The notes under the pieces are model-generated. The model was not told the origin of the DNA, did not search any database, and saw only the letters and a list, made by a program, of their open reading frames with translations. The position numbers and the translations under genes were made by a program. Shown here piece after piece: positions 44,701-56,810 of a stretch of 64,000 nt of DNA (the stretch's first letter is position 1; every line of letters starts with the position of its first letter). This DNA comes from the human T2T-CHM13v2.0 reference genome, Homo sapiens. The DNA is taken from NCBI RefSeq assembly GCF_009914755.1, contig NC_060942.1. One strand, given 5' to 3'.

Positions 44701-47270
44701 AAGGAAAACTACAGACTGATTTATCTAATAAACATAGATACAAGAATTCTCTACAGAATACTAGCAAACCAAAGCCAGCAGCACATTAAAGAGATTATAC
44801 ACCATTATCAAGCAGGATTTATCCCAGGGATGCAAGCATGGTTCAATATAGCCAAATTGATAAAAGTAACATATCACATAAAGATTAAAACCATATGATC
44901 ATCTCAGAAGATGCAGAACCAGTATTTGATAAAATAACATGACTTCATAATAAAACTCAAAAAAATTAGCTATCAAAACATGTACCCCAACACAATAAAG
45001 GCCATATAGGACAAACTCACAGCTAACATCATACCAAATGGGAAAAAGCTGAAAGTTTATCCTCTGTGACCTAGAACAAGATATGGATACTCCCTCTCAC
45101 TACTCTTACTCAACAGGTAGTGGAAGTTCTAGCCAAAACAATTAGGCATGAGAGAGAGGAAAAAAAAGGGCATCCAAATTGGAAAGAATGAAATCACATT
45201 GTCCCTATCTGCAGACAATAAAATGTTATATATAGAAAAACCTAACAATTGCACCCTACAATTTTTAAGACTAATAAATAAATTTAGTAAAATTGAAGAA
45301 TACAATATTAACATAAAAAATCAGTAGCATTTCCATACACTAATTACAAACTAGCTGAAAAAGAAGTCAAGGAAGAAATCCCATTTACAGTAGACCCCAA
45401 AAATACAAAAAAAAACCTAAGAATAAATTAATCAAGGAGGTGAATTATCTCTACAATGAGAACTATATAACACTGATGAAAGAAATTGAAGAGGGCACAC
45501 ACACACACAAATAGAAATTCCATGTTCATGGGTTGAAAGTATTAACACTGTTAAATTGACTATACTACCAAAAACAATCTATAGATTTAATTACAATCCC
45601 TATCAAAATACCAATGACATTCTTCACAGAAAAAAAAAAACAACTAAAATTTGAAACTGCAAAGTCTTCCAAAATCCAAAGCTATCCTTAGCAAAAAGTG
45701 CAAAACTAAAAGCACTACACTACCTCCAAAATATACTACAAAGATATAGTAATCAAAACAGTATGGTCCTGGAATAAAAAGAAACAAATAAGCCATCAGA
45801 ATAGAATAGGCAGCTCAGAAATAAGTCTACACATTTCTGGTCAATTAAATTTTTTAAAAGGTACCAACAACACACAATGGAGAAAAGACATTTCTTTAAT
45901 AAATTGTGTTGGAAAAACTGGATATTCATATACAAGAGAATGAAACTAGACTCCTATTTTTCACCAGAGATAAAAATAAACTCAAAATGGATTAAAGACT
46001 TCAATATGAGACCTGAAACAATGAGACTGCTGGAAGAAAACAGGGGAAATGCTTCAGAACATTGGTACGAGCAAAGATTTGATGGTTAAGACCTCAAAAT
46101 CACAGACAACAAAAGCAAAAAGAGACAAATGGAATTATATCAAACTAAAAAGCTTTTGAAGATTAAAGGAAACAATCAACAGATTGAAGATAGAACATGC
46201 AAATTGGGAGAAAATATTTGCAAACTATTCATTTAATTCAGGATAAATATTCAGAATATGCAAGAAGCACAAACGACTCAACAGTAAAAAAAAAATCTAA
46301 CAGAAAAATGGGCAATGATCTGAATAGACATTTCTCAAAAGAAGACATACAAATTGTTGTGCTGAACACCCTTAATCATCAGGGTTTGATTTGCAGAAAT
46401 GCAAATCAAAACCACACACACACACACAAACAAATGCTAGTGAGGTTGCTGAGAAAATTTTTGACACTCTTGATGGTAATGTAAATTATCACAACTGTTA
46501 CAGAAAATGGTATAGAGATTTCTAAAAAACTAAAAATATAATTACCAAAGCAATCCCACTAATGGGTATTTATCAAAAGGAAAGAAAGTCATTATATCAA
46601 AGAAATTCCTGTATCCCCATGCTTATTGCAGCACTATTCACAATAGTTAAGATAGGGAATCAAACTAAATGTCTATCAACTGATGAATGGATAAAGAAAT
46701 TATGGTACATGTACACAGTTAAATACTATTCAGCTATAAAGAACAAAGAAATCCTTTAATTCACAACAGAATGATTGAGAATGAAAGGACATTATATTAA
46801 GTAAAATAAGCCAGACACAGAAAGATAAATACCACATGTTCTCATTAACATGTAGAACTAAAAAATTGATCTCATAGTAATAGGAAGTAGAATAACTATT
46901 ACTAGAGGCTAGGACTCATGGGAGTGAGGGGGTAAGGAGATTAAGTAATATAAAATCACAATTAAATAGGAAGAATAAGTTCTACTTTACTATAGGCCTG
47001 TAGAGTGACTATTGTTGACAACTTATTGTATATTTTCAAAGAGCTAGAAGAGAGAATTTTGAATATTCTTAACACAAAAAAAGTGATAAAACTTTGAAGT
47101 AATGGATACGTTAATTACTTTAATTTGATCATTGCAAAATGTATACATGTACAAGACAACACATTGTACCTCCAAATATGTATGTGTTAATTTAAAAATA
47201 ACAAAATATGTTGTATACTATAAATATAAACATTTGAAACAATTTTAAAAATAGATGAATAAATAAATAA
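41716..47270 (+). mobile_element. L1MA 3' fragment (41716-42208 and 47202-47270) split by a younger L1
   Basis: ATCAAAACATCATGTTG continues as TATACTATAAATATA after 47213; outer TSD-like CAGTTTTG / CAGTTTTTG. Confidence 0.8.
42209..47201 (+). mobile_element. L1MA-type LINE with 5' end, a 5'UTR-ORF1 deletion, a complete but decayed ORF2 and a 3'UTR
   Basis: 5' end CAAGATG; ORF2 fragments (DPTDLYRTFYQTIAEYTHFSSAYRTFSRIEHILGH; FNKLCWKNWI; IPMLIAALFTIVK); TSD CAAAACATCATGTTG / CAAAATATGTTG. Confidence 0.92.
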
Positions 47271-47904
47271 AACCAGTTTTTGTCTCATGTGTTTTGAAGT
47301 ATTGTTTTTAGGTTTATACAAATTTGGAATTGTTATTGCCTCTTGGATAATTGATTTCTTTATCATTTTGCAGTGTTTTACTTTATCTTTGATAATAGCC
47401 TTTTACTGAAGTTTATTTTGCTTAAATAGTTGTTTTAAGCAAATATTTACTTCAGTTTTCTTTTTGTTTATTTTTTCATTATATATATAAATGAATATAT
47501 CTTTTTTAATTGATATGTGACATCATTCACATTTAAAGTGATTTTGGTATGGTTGATTAATATATACTTAATCTTGCTGGCTATTTTCTGTGTTTAATTT
47601 GTACTTTGTTTCTCTTTTCCACCTTTTGGCAACTTCTGAGCATATTTGATCCCTTTTATAATTAATCTTTATCTTGTTTACTCTTTATACTTATTTTAAA
47701 AAGCTTATTAGGAGCTAGATTTGAGTTTTGCAATATTCATTTTTAAATAACCTCACTATAGTCTTGAATAATATCATGTTGCTCTATGTACAGTGCAACA
47801 ATCTATGTATCAGTGTGTTTTCTTCGTCTTATTGTACATACATCTCACTTTTATGTAAAACACACTAGTTTTGCAAGTTCTGTTTTGAACAGTTATTTTT
47901 CACT

Positions 47905-47999
47905 TAAATTACAAATGACTAAAAATATTTTCTTTTCCAATGATTTATTCATTAATTTATAAATGACTAAAATATTTTCTTTTCCTAAAATTTATTCAT
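47905..47999. repeat. ~48-bp degenerate tandem duplication
   Basis: AAATGACTAAAA(A)TATTTTCTTTTCC...ATTTATTCAT occurs twice. Confidence 0.85.
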
Positions 48000-49804
48000 T
48001 TTCTGATGCTCTTTAGACAAGTTTCTGACATCATATTTCTTCAGCATGAAAAATTTTCTTTAAATTTTCAATAGATTAAATCTACTGGCAATGATTCAAT
48101 GAGTTTTTGCTTGACGAGAAAGTATTTCTTCTTAATTTTTAATGAACATTTTCACAGGGTATAGAATTCCTGATAGGTTTTTTTACTTCTTGCAGGATGT
48201 AAAGTTGTTACTCCGTTTTTTTCTTGCTTCACAGTTTCTGTTGAGAAGTCTGATGTAATTCTTTTTCACTTTCCACTGTTAATAATGTGACTCCCCTCTA
48301 CCCCTTACCTACTGGTTATTTTTAAGATGTTCTCTTTCCCTTTTGTTTTCATCAGTTTGATTAGGATATTCTCAGGCTGTGATGCGTTTTTGTTTAACTT
48401 ATTTTTAATTTAAACTCTTTGGTGTTCTGTCAAATTCTTGGATTGGCTATTTGGAGTCCACTATCAATTTTGGGAAATTATTGACTATTATTTCTTCAAA
48501 TAAATCTTCTGTCCTTTTCTCTCTGGTGTACCAAGACATGGATGGCAGAACTCTTGATATTGCCCCACAGCTTTGGTTGGTCTGTTCTGTTAGTTTTTAG
48601 TTTTCCACTAAGTTTTCTATTTATATTTCATTTTGGGTAAATTTTTATTGACTTTCAAGGTAACTCACTCTTTCTGTGACTGTTTCAAATCTCTGTAAGT
48701 GTCCACTGATTACTATCTTAATATCCATTACTGATTTCATGTCTGTTTATTTCTAGTGTTTCCCATGGATTATTTCTTATAATTTCCAAATCTGCACAAA
48801 TGACCTATCTGACATTGCTTGCTGCCTCTTTTCTTTGAGAAAATTTAACATATTAATTATAATCATTTTCATTTATCTCTCTAATAGTTCCAATATCCAT
48901 GTCATATTTGAATCTGGTTTTGGTGATTGCTTTCTTTTACTTTTATTTCTTGTCATTTAGTATATGCTTCACAATGTTTGATTGAAAGTCAGACATGTTG
49001 TATAGAGCAGTAGTCTTAGTTACATAATTTTATGCTTGGATATGAGTTTATATTATTCTTTTAGGCCCTAGTGTAGAAAGTTATTTTACACCTGTCAGGA
49101 GTCAGGCTGGGATTGAACTCTGCTTTCTATTTGTACTTTAGTGTCCCCAGTTGACTTTGATTATTTCCATGTTAAGGAGGCTCCCAGAGAGAATCCTTGC
49201 CTTGCAACTCTCTCAATTGTATTCTATATTGTTTTTACTTAGTGTTAGTGTGGTGGGAGGGGACAGAGAAAGAAGGTGGGCCCCTAAAATTCTGATTAAC
49301 TCTTAGCCTTAGTCATGCACTGTGAACCTAGCTCTCAGCATCTTGGCCCTGAAAAGTCTTCTTGCCCTTTCTCTAGAAGCATTTCTGAGTTTAGCAGATA
49401 TTCCTTCATCTCTCCTGAGGAAATAACTTTTTTTCCTGTTCTTACCTTTTCCAGCTGCAGTATATTTCCAAAAGAGCCCTCACGCTACCGTTTTGATTCC
49501 CTTCCCACTGTGGAGTAAGGTTTTTTGTTCCATAAGAAAAAAATAAGCCAGAAAATTCTGGATGGAGTTTTGGTGGTGACTGCCGTTTCTCTCCTCCAGC
49601 TGCAACTGATTTTCACTGGTGCCTACAATATACACATTTTATTGCTCTTTCACTTACCTTTAAGGCTTTTCGTTTCTCAAACAGATGGGGGAGTAAGTCC
49701 CAGTGAATGTTGGTGGTGGCTGCTCTTTCCCGTCTCCAGCTAGCATCATGAAAAAGCTTTTCCAAGAGCCTTCCTGATATTTCCTGTGAAGAAAATAAAC
49801 TCAG

Positions 49805-50182
49805 CATGAATTATAAAGATACATATGTCATAATTTTATAATAAATAAGAAGGTGGACTTCAGCCTGAGTGATGAGAGTAAAACCCTGTCTCACAAAAAA
49901 GGAATGCAGAATTTTATGTGCAATATGATTAGAATTTTGTGCAGATGAATTAAACTGTATATAGGAAAATAACCTAAATTCTGCCAAGTCTAGTTGCAAG
50001 ATAACATCTAAACACATATTGTGGGCTCCTCCCTATATCCTGGAAAAAGCAAAAAGCATTTTTTTTTAATAGAGATGTAGTCTCAAACATTGCCCAGGCT
50101 GGTCTCGAACTCTGTCACTCAGGCTGGTGACCACTTTCTTATTTATTATAAAATTATGACATAAGCATCTTTATAATCCACG
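49805..50182. repeat. 68-bp inverted repeat (arms 49805-49872 and 50115-50182), each arm continuing inward into an Alu tail fragment
   Basis: Ungapped hand alignment gives 60/68 identity with a 28-bp perfect core TATGTCATAATTTTATAATAAATAAGAA; Alu fragments at 49859-49900 (+) and 50059-50126 (-). Confidence 0.92.
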
Positions 50183-53100
50183 TAGTAAATATTTATAAAA
50201 TGTCTGCCTAGTGTTCGATTTAGTGACTGTACCCTGGTTAATCTGACAAACTCTCTGTATACGAATTGACAATTTTGTCTTTCAGAAAGACAAAGAAATG
50301 ATAGGGGACCTCACCCTAATCATGCATAATATGGAGGAATAAGTTGATGGCATGTATATTATAGAAATCTTGCGAGAATGTGATTATGATATCTAGAGCT
50401 TGATATCCAGGAAAGAAATATAATTTTACTTGGACCTAAGGCAAATCATGAATTCTTCAAATAAATAGTAGGCAATTTTACATGTCTTTAATTTTTTAAA
50501 AAACTCGAAAGATTAGCAAAATTATCATGAACAGATATCTGATTATTATATTAAATAATTGAAAAGATCACATTTTAAAATTATTCTGATAAGAATTAAG
50601 TAGGATTAGCCTATGAGGACAATGTAGTTCTTTTGGTAAAAAGGGCTAAGGTTTTTAAAACACATGGGCTCTAAATGGCAAGAAGAAAAATCAAGAAGAT
50701 GATTGCGTAAAGGGGCAGGTGGCAAATATCTGTTTGAATGGTGTACAAAATGTATACCGAACAATGTCAAGAAGGATAAAACTCAATATGACATAACATT
50801 TGGGATAAAAATTATTGAGCCTTAGAAGTTTGATCTTAGAAATGTGTTCAGATCAAGATGATTTTGAAAATAATCAGCAATCAAAAAGGGCACATACAAG
50901 TGTGAAATTGATAAGATAAATATAAATTTAACTTGATAAGGGTGAGAAAACTTCTTTAACATTTTTAAACATAACTTTTGAATAACTCATTTTCTTCTAA
51001 GCTTATCTTTCTGGACTTTAATTTTGATCCTTTTCCTTGATTTTTTTTACCTGTTATTTTTATGTGAATTATAATTTTATTTTTGATCTACTGTATTTAT
51101 TGCTAGATTAGTCACTCACCCCTAGATAAATGAGTCTTAATGTCTATTAAGTTATATTATATTATTAATAATTCAAGTATTTTGGTTAAGTTCTTGTTTT
51201 TAAGGTTTCTTTTATGGACTGAGTCTGTGATGAGAGCCTTGTTGCTCACTTACAGGATAGGGGTAATTTGCTTCTGCTTGATGGTTTTAGTCTACTAAAG
51301 CATGGTTACTTTAAGCATGCCTCTTCCTTTCCATTTTCATTTTCTTCCAGTACAATGAATACTAAGCTTTTTTTTGTTTTTTTGTTTGTTTTTTTTTTGG
51401 AAGCTGTAGCTTTAAGACTATAATAATGCTTTTGTGATATCAAAATTTGTATTGGTCACATTTTTGAGAAGCACTCCTAATAGCACCAGAGGCAAAATAG
51501 ATATCTTTGATTTTTCAGTGTATTAGAGAAAGATAAATATGTGCAAACCTAGTCTTATAACTTTGGTTAACTTGGCTCTCATTATTTAGGATTACTCCAA
51601 GAGGAAGCTTTGCAATTTGTTAGGTGTTCTGGCCAGAGTTTAGTTGATTTGTGTCTATGAGCAGAATCTTTATCCACTCCTCCACCACATTATGGACTCT
51701 CTGGGAAAAACAAACTGAATAAAAAGTCTATTTTATCAATGAACCCTGGTCTTAAACTATGAAATAAAGTCTTCTTTGATGTTATCTTTTAGCAAAATTT
51801 TCTTTCTGGAAACTTCCATAAATCAAGGATTTGAACAAAAGCAAGTTAGGCTTCATGCATGACAAGATTCTTTCTCTCTTGCCTGATTAAAGTGAGAGAA
51901 AGAGAGAACCCTGAGGAGTATTTTTAATACATTTTCCCCTGACACTGCATAAATCCAGGAACATTTATATGCTAATCAAATCAAAATAGGAATTATTAGT
52001 GACTGGAGAGCCCCAACATGGCTGTTATTTTCCCATCAACCTATGATAACAGCTCTGACGCTGAATTAAGGAGCTGAATATTACGTAAGCTCCAAAAGGT
52101 TATAATACATGACAGGTTTAAGCAATATTAAATCCTAGAAACCCTGACCCACCTATTACATATTTATTCAGTATTACAAATTGTAAATATTTAAAAATAC
52201 ACAAAGATACAGTGTGGGTAAATTATTAATGTTTAATGAAATTATTCATGGCATACAAAGAGTTGAATAACTCAACAAATACCATGAAGGTTAATGCATG
52301 CAAAGGAATCTGAGGGGTCCAGCAATGAGAATAACACATTGTGTCCTTTCCTGGAGTGATCATGAAATGGAATTAACATGACCTGATTTCCATGGTTAAG
52401 GATATCTCTGGGGATAAAAGGAAGCAATGTTCACCAAAGACCTACTAGCAGCTAATCCAGATTCAATGTCCGGTCTCCATCTCACATGCTGGAACCCATT
52501 GATTTCTTCTACTGCTCTCATTTTAATGTCATTTTAAGATAACACTCTGGTCGTTGCTAAAATTCTACATATTTAGCTTGTCTTTTAAGAGGTCAGCCGC
52601 TGATTGGGAATAGCTATCATATGTAATCACAGATGAGCAAATAATGGAAAACTCAAGAAAAGGTCAACAAAAAGATCTCAGGTAATGAGCCCAGTGGAGA
52701 CATTTTATTTTGATTTCCAGGATATCTAGTGTTCTTACTGATAATGATCACAGATCACAATACAACAGGTTTAAATTTACACTTCCCTTTTTTAATGCTA
52801 CAATGCCCACACAAAAGTCTTTGTCTGCAGTGAATGGGTAAGCAGAAGAATTTCTTGGCAAACCCAATTTGCATCTACATTCAAAACGCTATTTCAAGTT
52901 CCCATCCTCAGTAGCAGTAGCACAATTGCTCTGATGTTTGCAGAATTTTAAGGAACTGAGACATAAGACAATTATGAATAAGGTTTCAGCTAATGCCCTA
53001 TAAAAAGTCACATATTTACAAAATATGATAAAGATTAGTTAAAAAGTGATCTGTTCATAAGAGTCTTAGAACTATCCTTCTATACTTTAGTTGCTGAGTT

Positions 53101-53679
53101 TTCATCTTTTGAACATCTATCTATCTACCTGCCTAGCTGTTCTGACTTTATATATGCATAGCCATCTTTTTTGAAAAATAATAATAGGCATTTATGTGAA
53201 ACTTCACTTTCCTTCTAGGATCAGAACAGTTATGTTGAATTCGTGTGAAATTTTCATGTTTTCTAAGAAGACATATCCTTTCTTAAAATTTTTCATTTAG
53301 GTGTACATAGTTGTTTCAGTGCAATGTAATCAAGATCATTGCTCTTAAAAAAGTTGTTAATTAGCAACAATTTCTACTAAATTGGCAGAAATAAGTTTAA
53401 TTTTTAGGTGTTGATCAAACAGGAATGGCTTTGATTTCATCAAATAGGTAAGATTATATGAATATTTTCAGAAATAAAAAGTTTTCTTATCAAAAGAAAG
53501 ACAAAGACTTGACTTTATGCAATAAATTTGATTAGTTTTGCAAAAATTATCTGTCAATTCCTGAAGAAGATAGCAAACATTACATCACACAGATTTCATA
53601 TTATTTCTACATTTTAGGGGTGGATTAATAGGTCTTTAGTTCAAATTTAACAATTATTTAATGATTAGTACTTGTACAG

Positions 53680-54103
53680 TTCTAGAGTTTGGATATTTGG
53701 CCCTCCAAACCTCATATTGTAATTTAATCCCCAATGTTGGAGGTAAGGCCTAATAGGAGGTGTTGGGTCATGGAAGCATATCTCTCATGAATGTGTTGCT
53801 GCCAACCTTGCAGTAACGAGTGAATTCTCCCCCTATTAGTTCCTGTCTGTTAAAAACAGCCTGGCACCTCCCTCCTCTCCTCCTCCTCTTCTCTCTGTCT
53901 TTCTCTCTCAGTTCTTCTCTTGTCATGTGATTTCTGTGCATGTGGCTTTCCTTTGCCTTTCACCTGAGTGGAAGCAGTCTGAAGTCCACATCAGTTGCAG
54001 GGCTTGTAGATCTGTGAACACAATATATCTGTTTTATTTATTTTTTTAAATAAAAATCCCAGCCTCAGGTATTCTTTCATAGCAACACAAATGGACTAAA
54101 ACA
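53680..54103 (+). mobile_element. MSTB-type MaLR solo LTR
   Basis: TTTGGATATTTGGCCCTCCAAACCTCAT...AATCCCCAATGTTGGAGGT...CCCAGCCTCAGGTATTCTTTCATAGCAACACAAATGGACTAAAACA. Confidence 0.88.
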
Positions 54104-54194
54104 GGTAAAAATAGAAAGACCTACTCCCATCCCAATTAATACTGTCTTTGCCTCTCTACCCAGTACATAAACAACTAAATGCAAATAAATAATG

Positions 54195-54420
54195 TGTTAG
54201 GGTTTGGTCTTAGAGTCTAGACAAATTTGAGTTTGAATTTACTTTTAGTAATAAGCAATGAAAAGAAGCTAATTTATCTCGTCACTCAAAACCTTTGATT
54301 TCTGTAACACAAAATAGAGTTAATAATACTACCTGTACCTAATTTACTGGGTTATATTAATGAAATTACTAACAAGTATAAGACCTGATAAGTAACAGCC
54401 ATCCAAAAATACTTATTTGC
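54195..54420 (+). mobile_element. MIR remnant
   Basis: TTAGAGTCTAGACAAATTTGAGTTTGAAT...AATAATACTACCTGTACC. Confidence 0.5.
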
Positions 54421-56224
54421 TAATACTTTGGTAATATTCAATACCTCTAATAAGCAATAGATTTTGAAACTTGGTCATAATCCTTTTTGACTCAGTAATA
54501 AAAATCTGAGTTCATAAATACCAAGTGGAATAGGGTAGGTAATCATAAAGATCACCTTTTTTATTACTCCAAACCTTTTCTTGAATCCTGAATATTTAAC
54601 CCAGAATCATTTTGTACAGCCAGGTTAACACCCACAACAGTTTTAGCTATTGCAAGAAGAGGCCTGTCTATCTTGTCATGAAACTTGTCTGCATTGTCCT
54701 CTAATAGACTTTATTCCCCAGCAGAATCTTAGGTACATATGAAGTATTGAAAAATATTTGTGATATAAATTAACTAAACAGAAAGTTTCTATTCAAGAGT
54801 TACTCAACAGAGGACATTTTCTGTTTTCACTTAATATTCAGAATATGAATCAAAATAAGCTTAAAGTCAGATCCTTTGTGGGACTCATACATAAACAAGG
54901 AGAATGATTAAAATTTTCTAATGGGGACTGCAACACCTATTAAATAAATTTCTGAAACGTTAGCCCAACATTCAAAGTTGTTCTCAGTTCATATTTGACT
55001 ATATTTTAATTTTTATCTTCTGCCATTGTACCAGGTAGCAGGAATGAATATTTCAGCATAACAGCATTCACTCCCACTGTGACTTTTAGCCATATATTAT
55101 TTAATACACAGAGCACCCTTCTTAATTCGTGTATGTAGAAAAATTGCCTTCAAAACTTTATGTCCAGATATAATATCATTAGTTCCGTGAAGACTTTTGA
55201 AGTTGTTACTAAAAATTAATTATTCTCTCTTCTGTTATCCCATAGTCATTTTGTTTCTTTCTCTAATGTGTTTGTTATATTTTATTATAAATAGTTTTTA
55301 AATAATATTTTTAGGTCATAGCCATAAAGTCCTTGAGGGTAGGACCTTCATTGGTCATGCTCGTTGGACCTGCACTTATCATCCACACTTATCATGTGGC
55401 ATTTAATTTTGGCTAGTAAAATTTGCTGATTTACTGTATTATATTTAGAAACAGAAATCATGTTGGAAAATATAACAAAAAATGTGTTAACAGTATAACA
55501 GTTTGCACTTCTAAGGACTCAACCAACCCAAATTCTGGTCGCTTGCAGGGTAATTCAAATTAACCTTTTTCAATTACATTGTGAGAGTTTGAGTGGATAA
55601 GTAACCAGGATAACATAATTTTCAGAAAGAAATCTGTTGGGATTGAAATGTGAATCCAGGTTTTTATCACATGTTCCATGTTAGTGGCAAAACACCCTGC
55701 ACCTCTGCATTTCTCAGAGTATTGGATACCTCCTTGTTGTCTCTCTCTTCAATGAAGAAAAGTATAGCTTTGCTCTGAATATACTCAGCAGTTAAATGTC
55801 ATTAAAATTAAAAATACTGATGGAAGAAAAGAGCAGAAATAAACAATGAGCAATTTACACACTAAAAACAGTGACATAAGGTGGAGAATAATGGAAAATG
55901 AAAAAAAAAGTATAATGATGACTGGTTGACAGATCGCTGTCATTTTACTCTCTGGGGTTTTGTCACAACCTTCAGTAGAGAGATAACATTGAACATCTGG
56001 TGGACAACCAGTGCGGAACCTCAATGAAGCTGAGCGTGTGCAGTAGAAGAGGAATGAGCTTGGGGCTGTGGCTCATCTTCTCAAAAATACCTAAGAAAAT
56101 AAAATGAGCCAAGAATAATATTGAATGATAATAGCTCCCTTCTAGGAAAACATTTGGGTAATTATATACAACTCTTTCTCTCACAATCAATAGCAGGAAA
56201 ATCAACTGAAAACTGCTATTCTTG

Positions 56225-56315
56225 TTTTTGGCATATACTAGCTATATGACCATACGCAACATTTAACCTTAATGACCTTTAGTTTCTTCATCTGTAAAAT
56301 ATGGATAATAGTAAC
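56225..56315 (+). mobile_element. MIR core fragment
   Basis: CTAGCTATATGACC...CCTTTAGTTTCTTCATCTGTAAAATATGGATAATAGTA. Confidence 0.65.
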
Positions 56316-56621
56316 TCTATAGTAGCACTCTACAAGTGCTACTATGTAGCAATTAATATCTTGTTTACTGTACTTTGAAAACTGCTATATAATGATATGT
56401 AATAAAATATAAAGATATGTTGTCATTTCTTATAACTGTGTAGTTGCCCACTGTTTGACCAGATTAAATTAAATTAACTAATTAATTGCATTTTTTGATG
56501 TTTGAAGGAGAATAGAATTTCCTATATTGAATATTATTCAGTTTGCTTAGCTTGCATTGTCTTTCCATCAGCTTTGAGAGATTCACATATCTGATTCCTT
56601 CTACTTGCCATCTCCTATCAT

Positions 56622-56810
56622 CAGTTAGATGGTGGTAAATATTTAATTACTGCAAAAGCTCTAACTTATATTATTTGCCAATTCCTGTGGTGTAAGTACT
56701 CTCTCTTTGGCTGATTTCAAGCTACCAAAGTAACATCATGTTGCAGAGTTGGAAGAGTCATGCACAATCAGTCCTCGCCAGCTGGTAAGATTTGGCTCTA
56801 GCATACCAAC
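56622..56810 (-). mobile_element. MER63A-type hAT element
   Basis: TTTGCCAATTCCTGTGGTGTAAGTACTC...GGCTGATTTCAAGCTACCAA...GAGTTGGAAGAG...GGCTCTAGCATACCA. Confidence 0.75.

Larger units (their letters stand above)
40480..49795 (-). mobile_element. Old L1MC/MD-type element (pieces ~40480-41714 and ~47271-49795) hosting two younger L1s
   Basis: 3'UTR GCATTTATCTGTCATGTCTCTTTAGT...GTTTTGTAGAAAATTCCTCAATTTGG; EN antisense continues across the insertion; ORF1 and 5'UTR-like sequence at 48050-49795. Confidence 0.65.

Noticed and set aside
43140-46760. L1 ORF2 as an intact reverse transcriptase gene
   Set aside because: Broken by many stops and frameshifts; the longest pieces are under 100 aa.
50270-50460. 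Plus-strand acceptor TTTTGTCTTTCAG with a possible coding exon or CR1/L3 RT remnant
   Set aside because: All frames stop within ~20 codons, no good donor, and the similarity to CR1 is too weak to support.
51482-51496. CTCF-like motif AGCACCAGAGGCAA (and GCAGCAGATGCCAG at ~57924)
   Set aside because: Mismatches at core positions; expected by chance in 64 kb.
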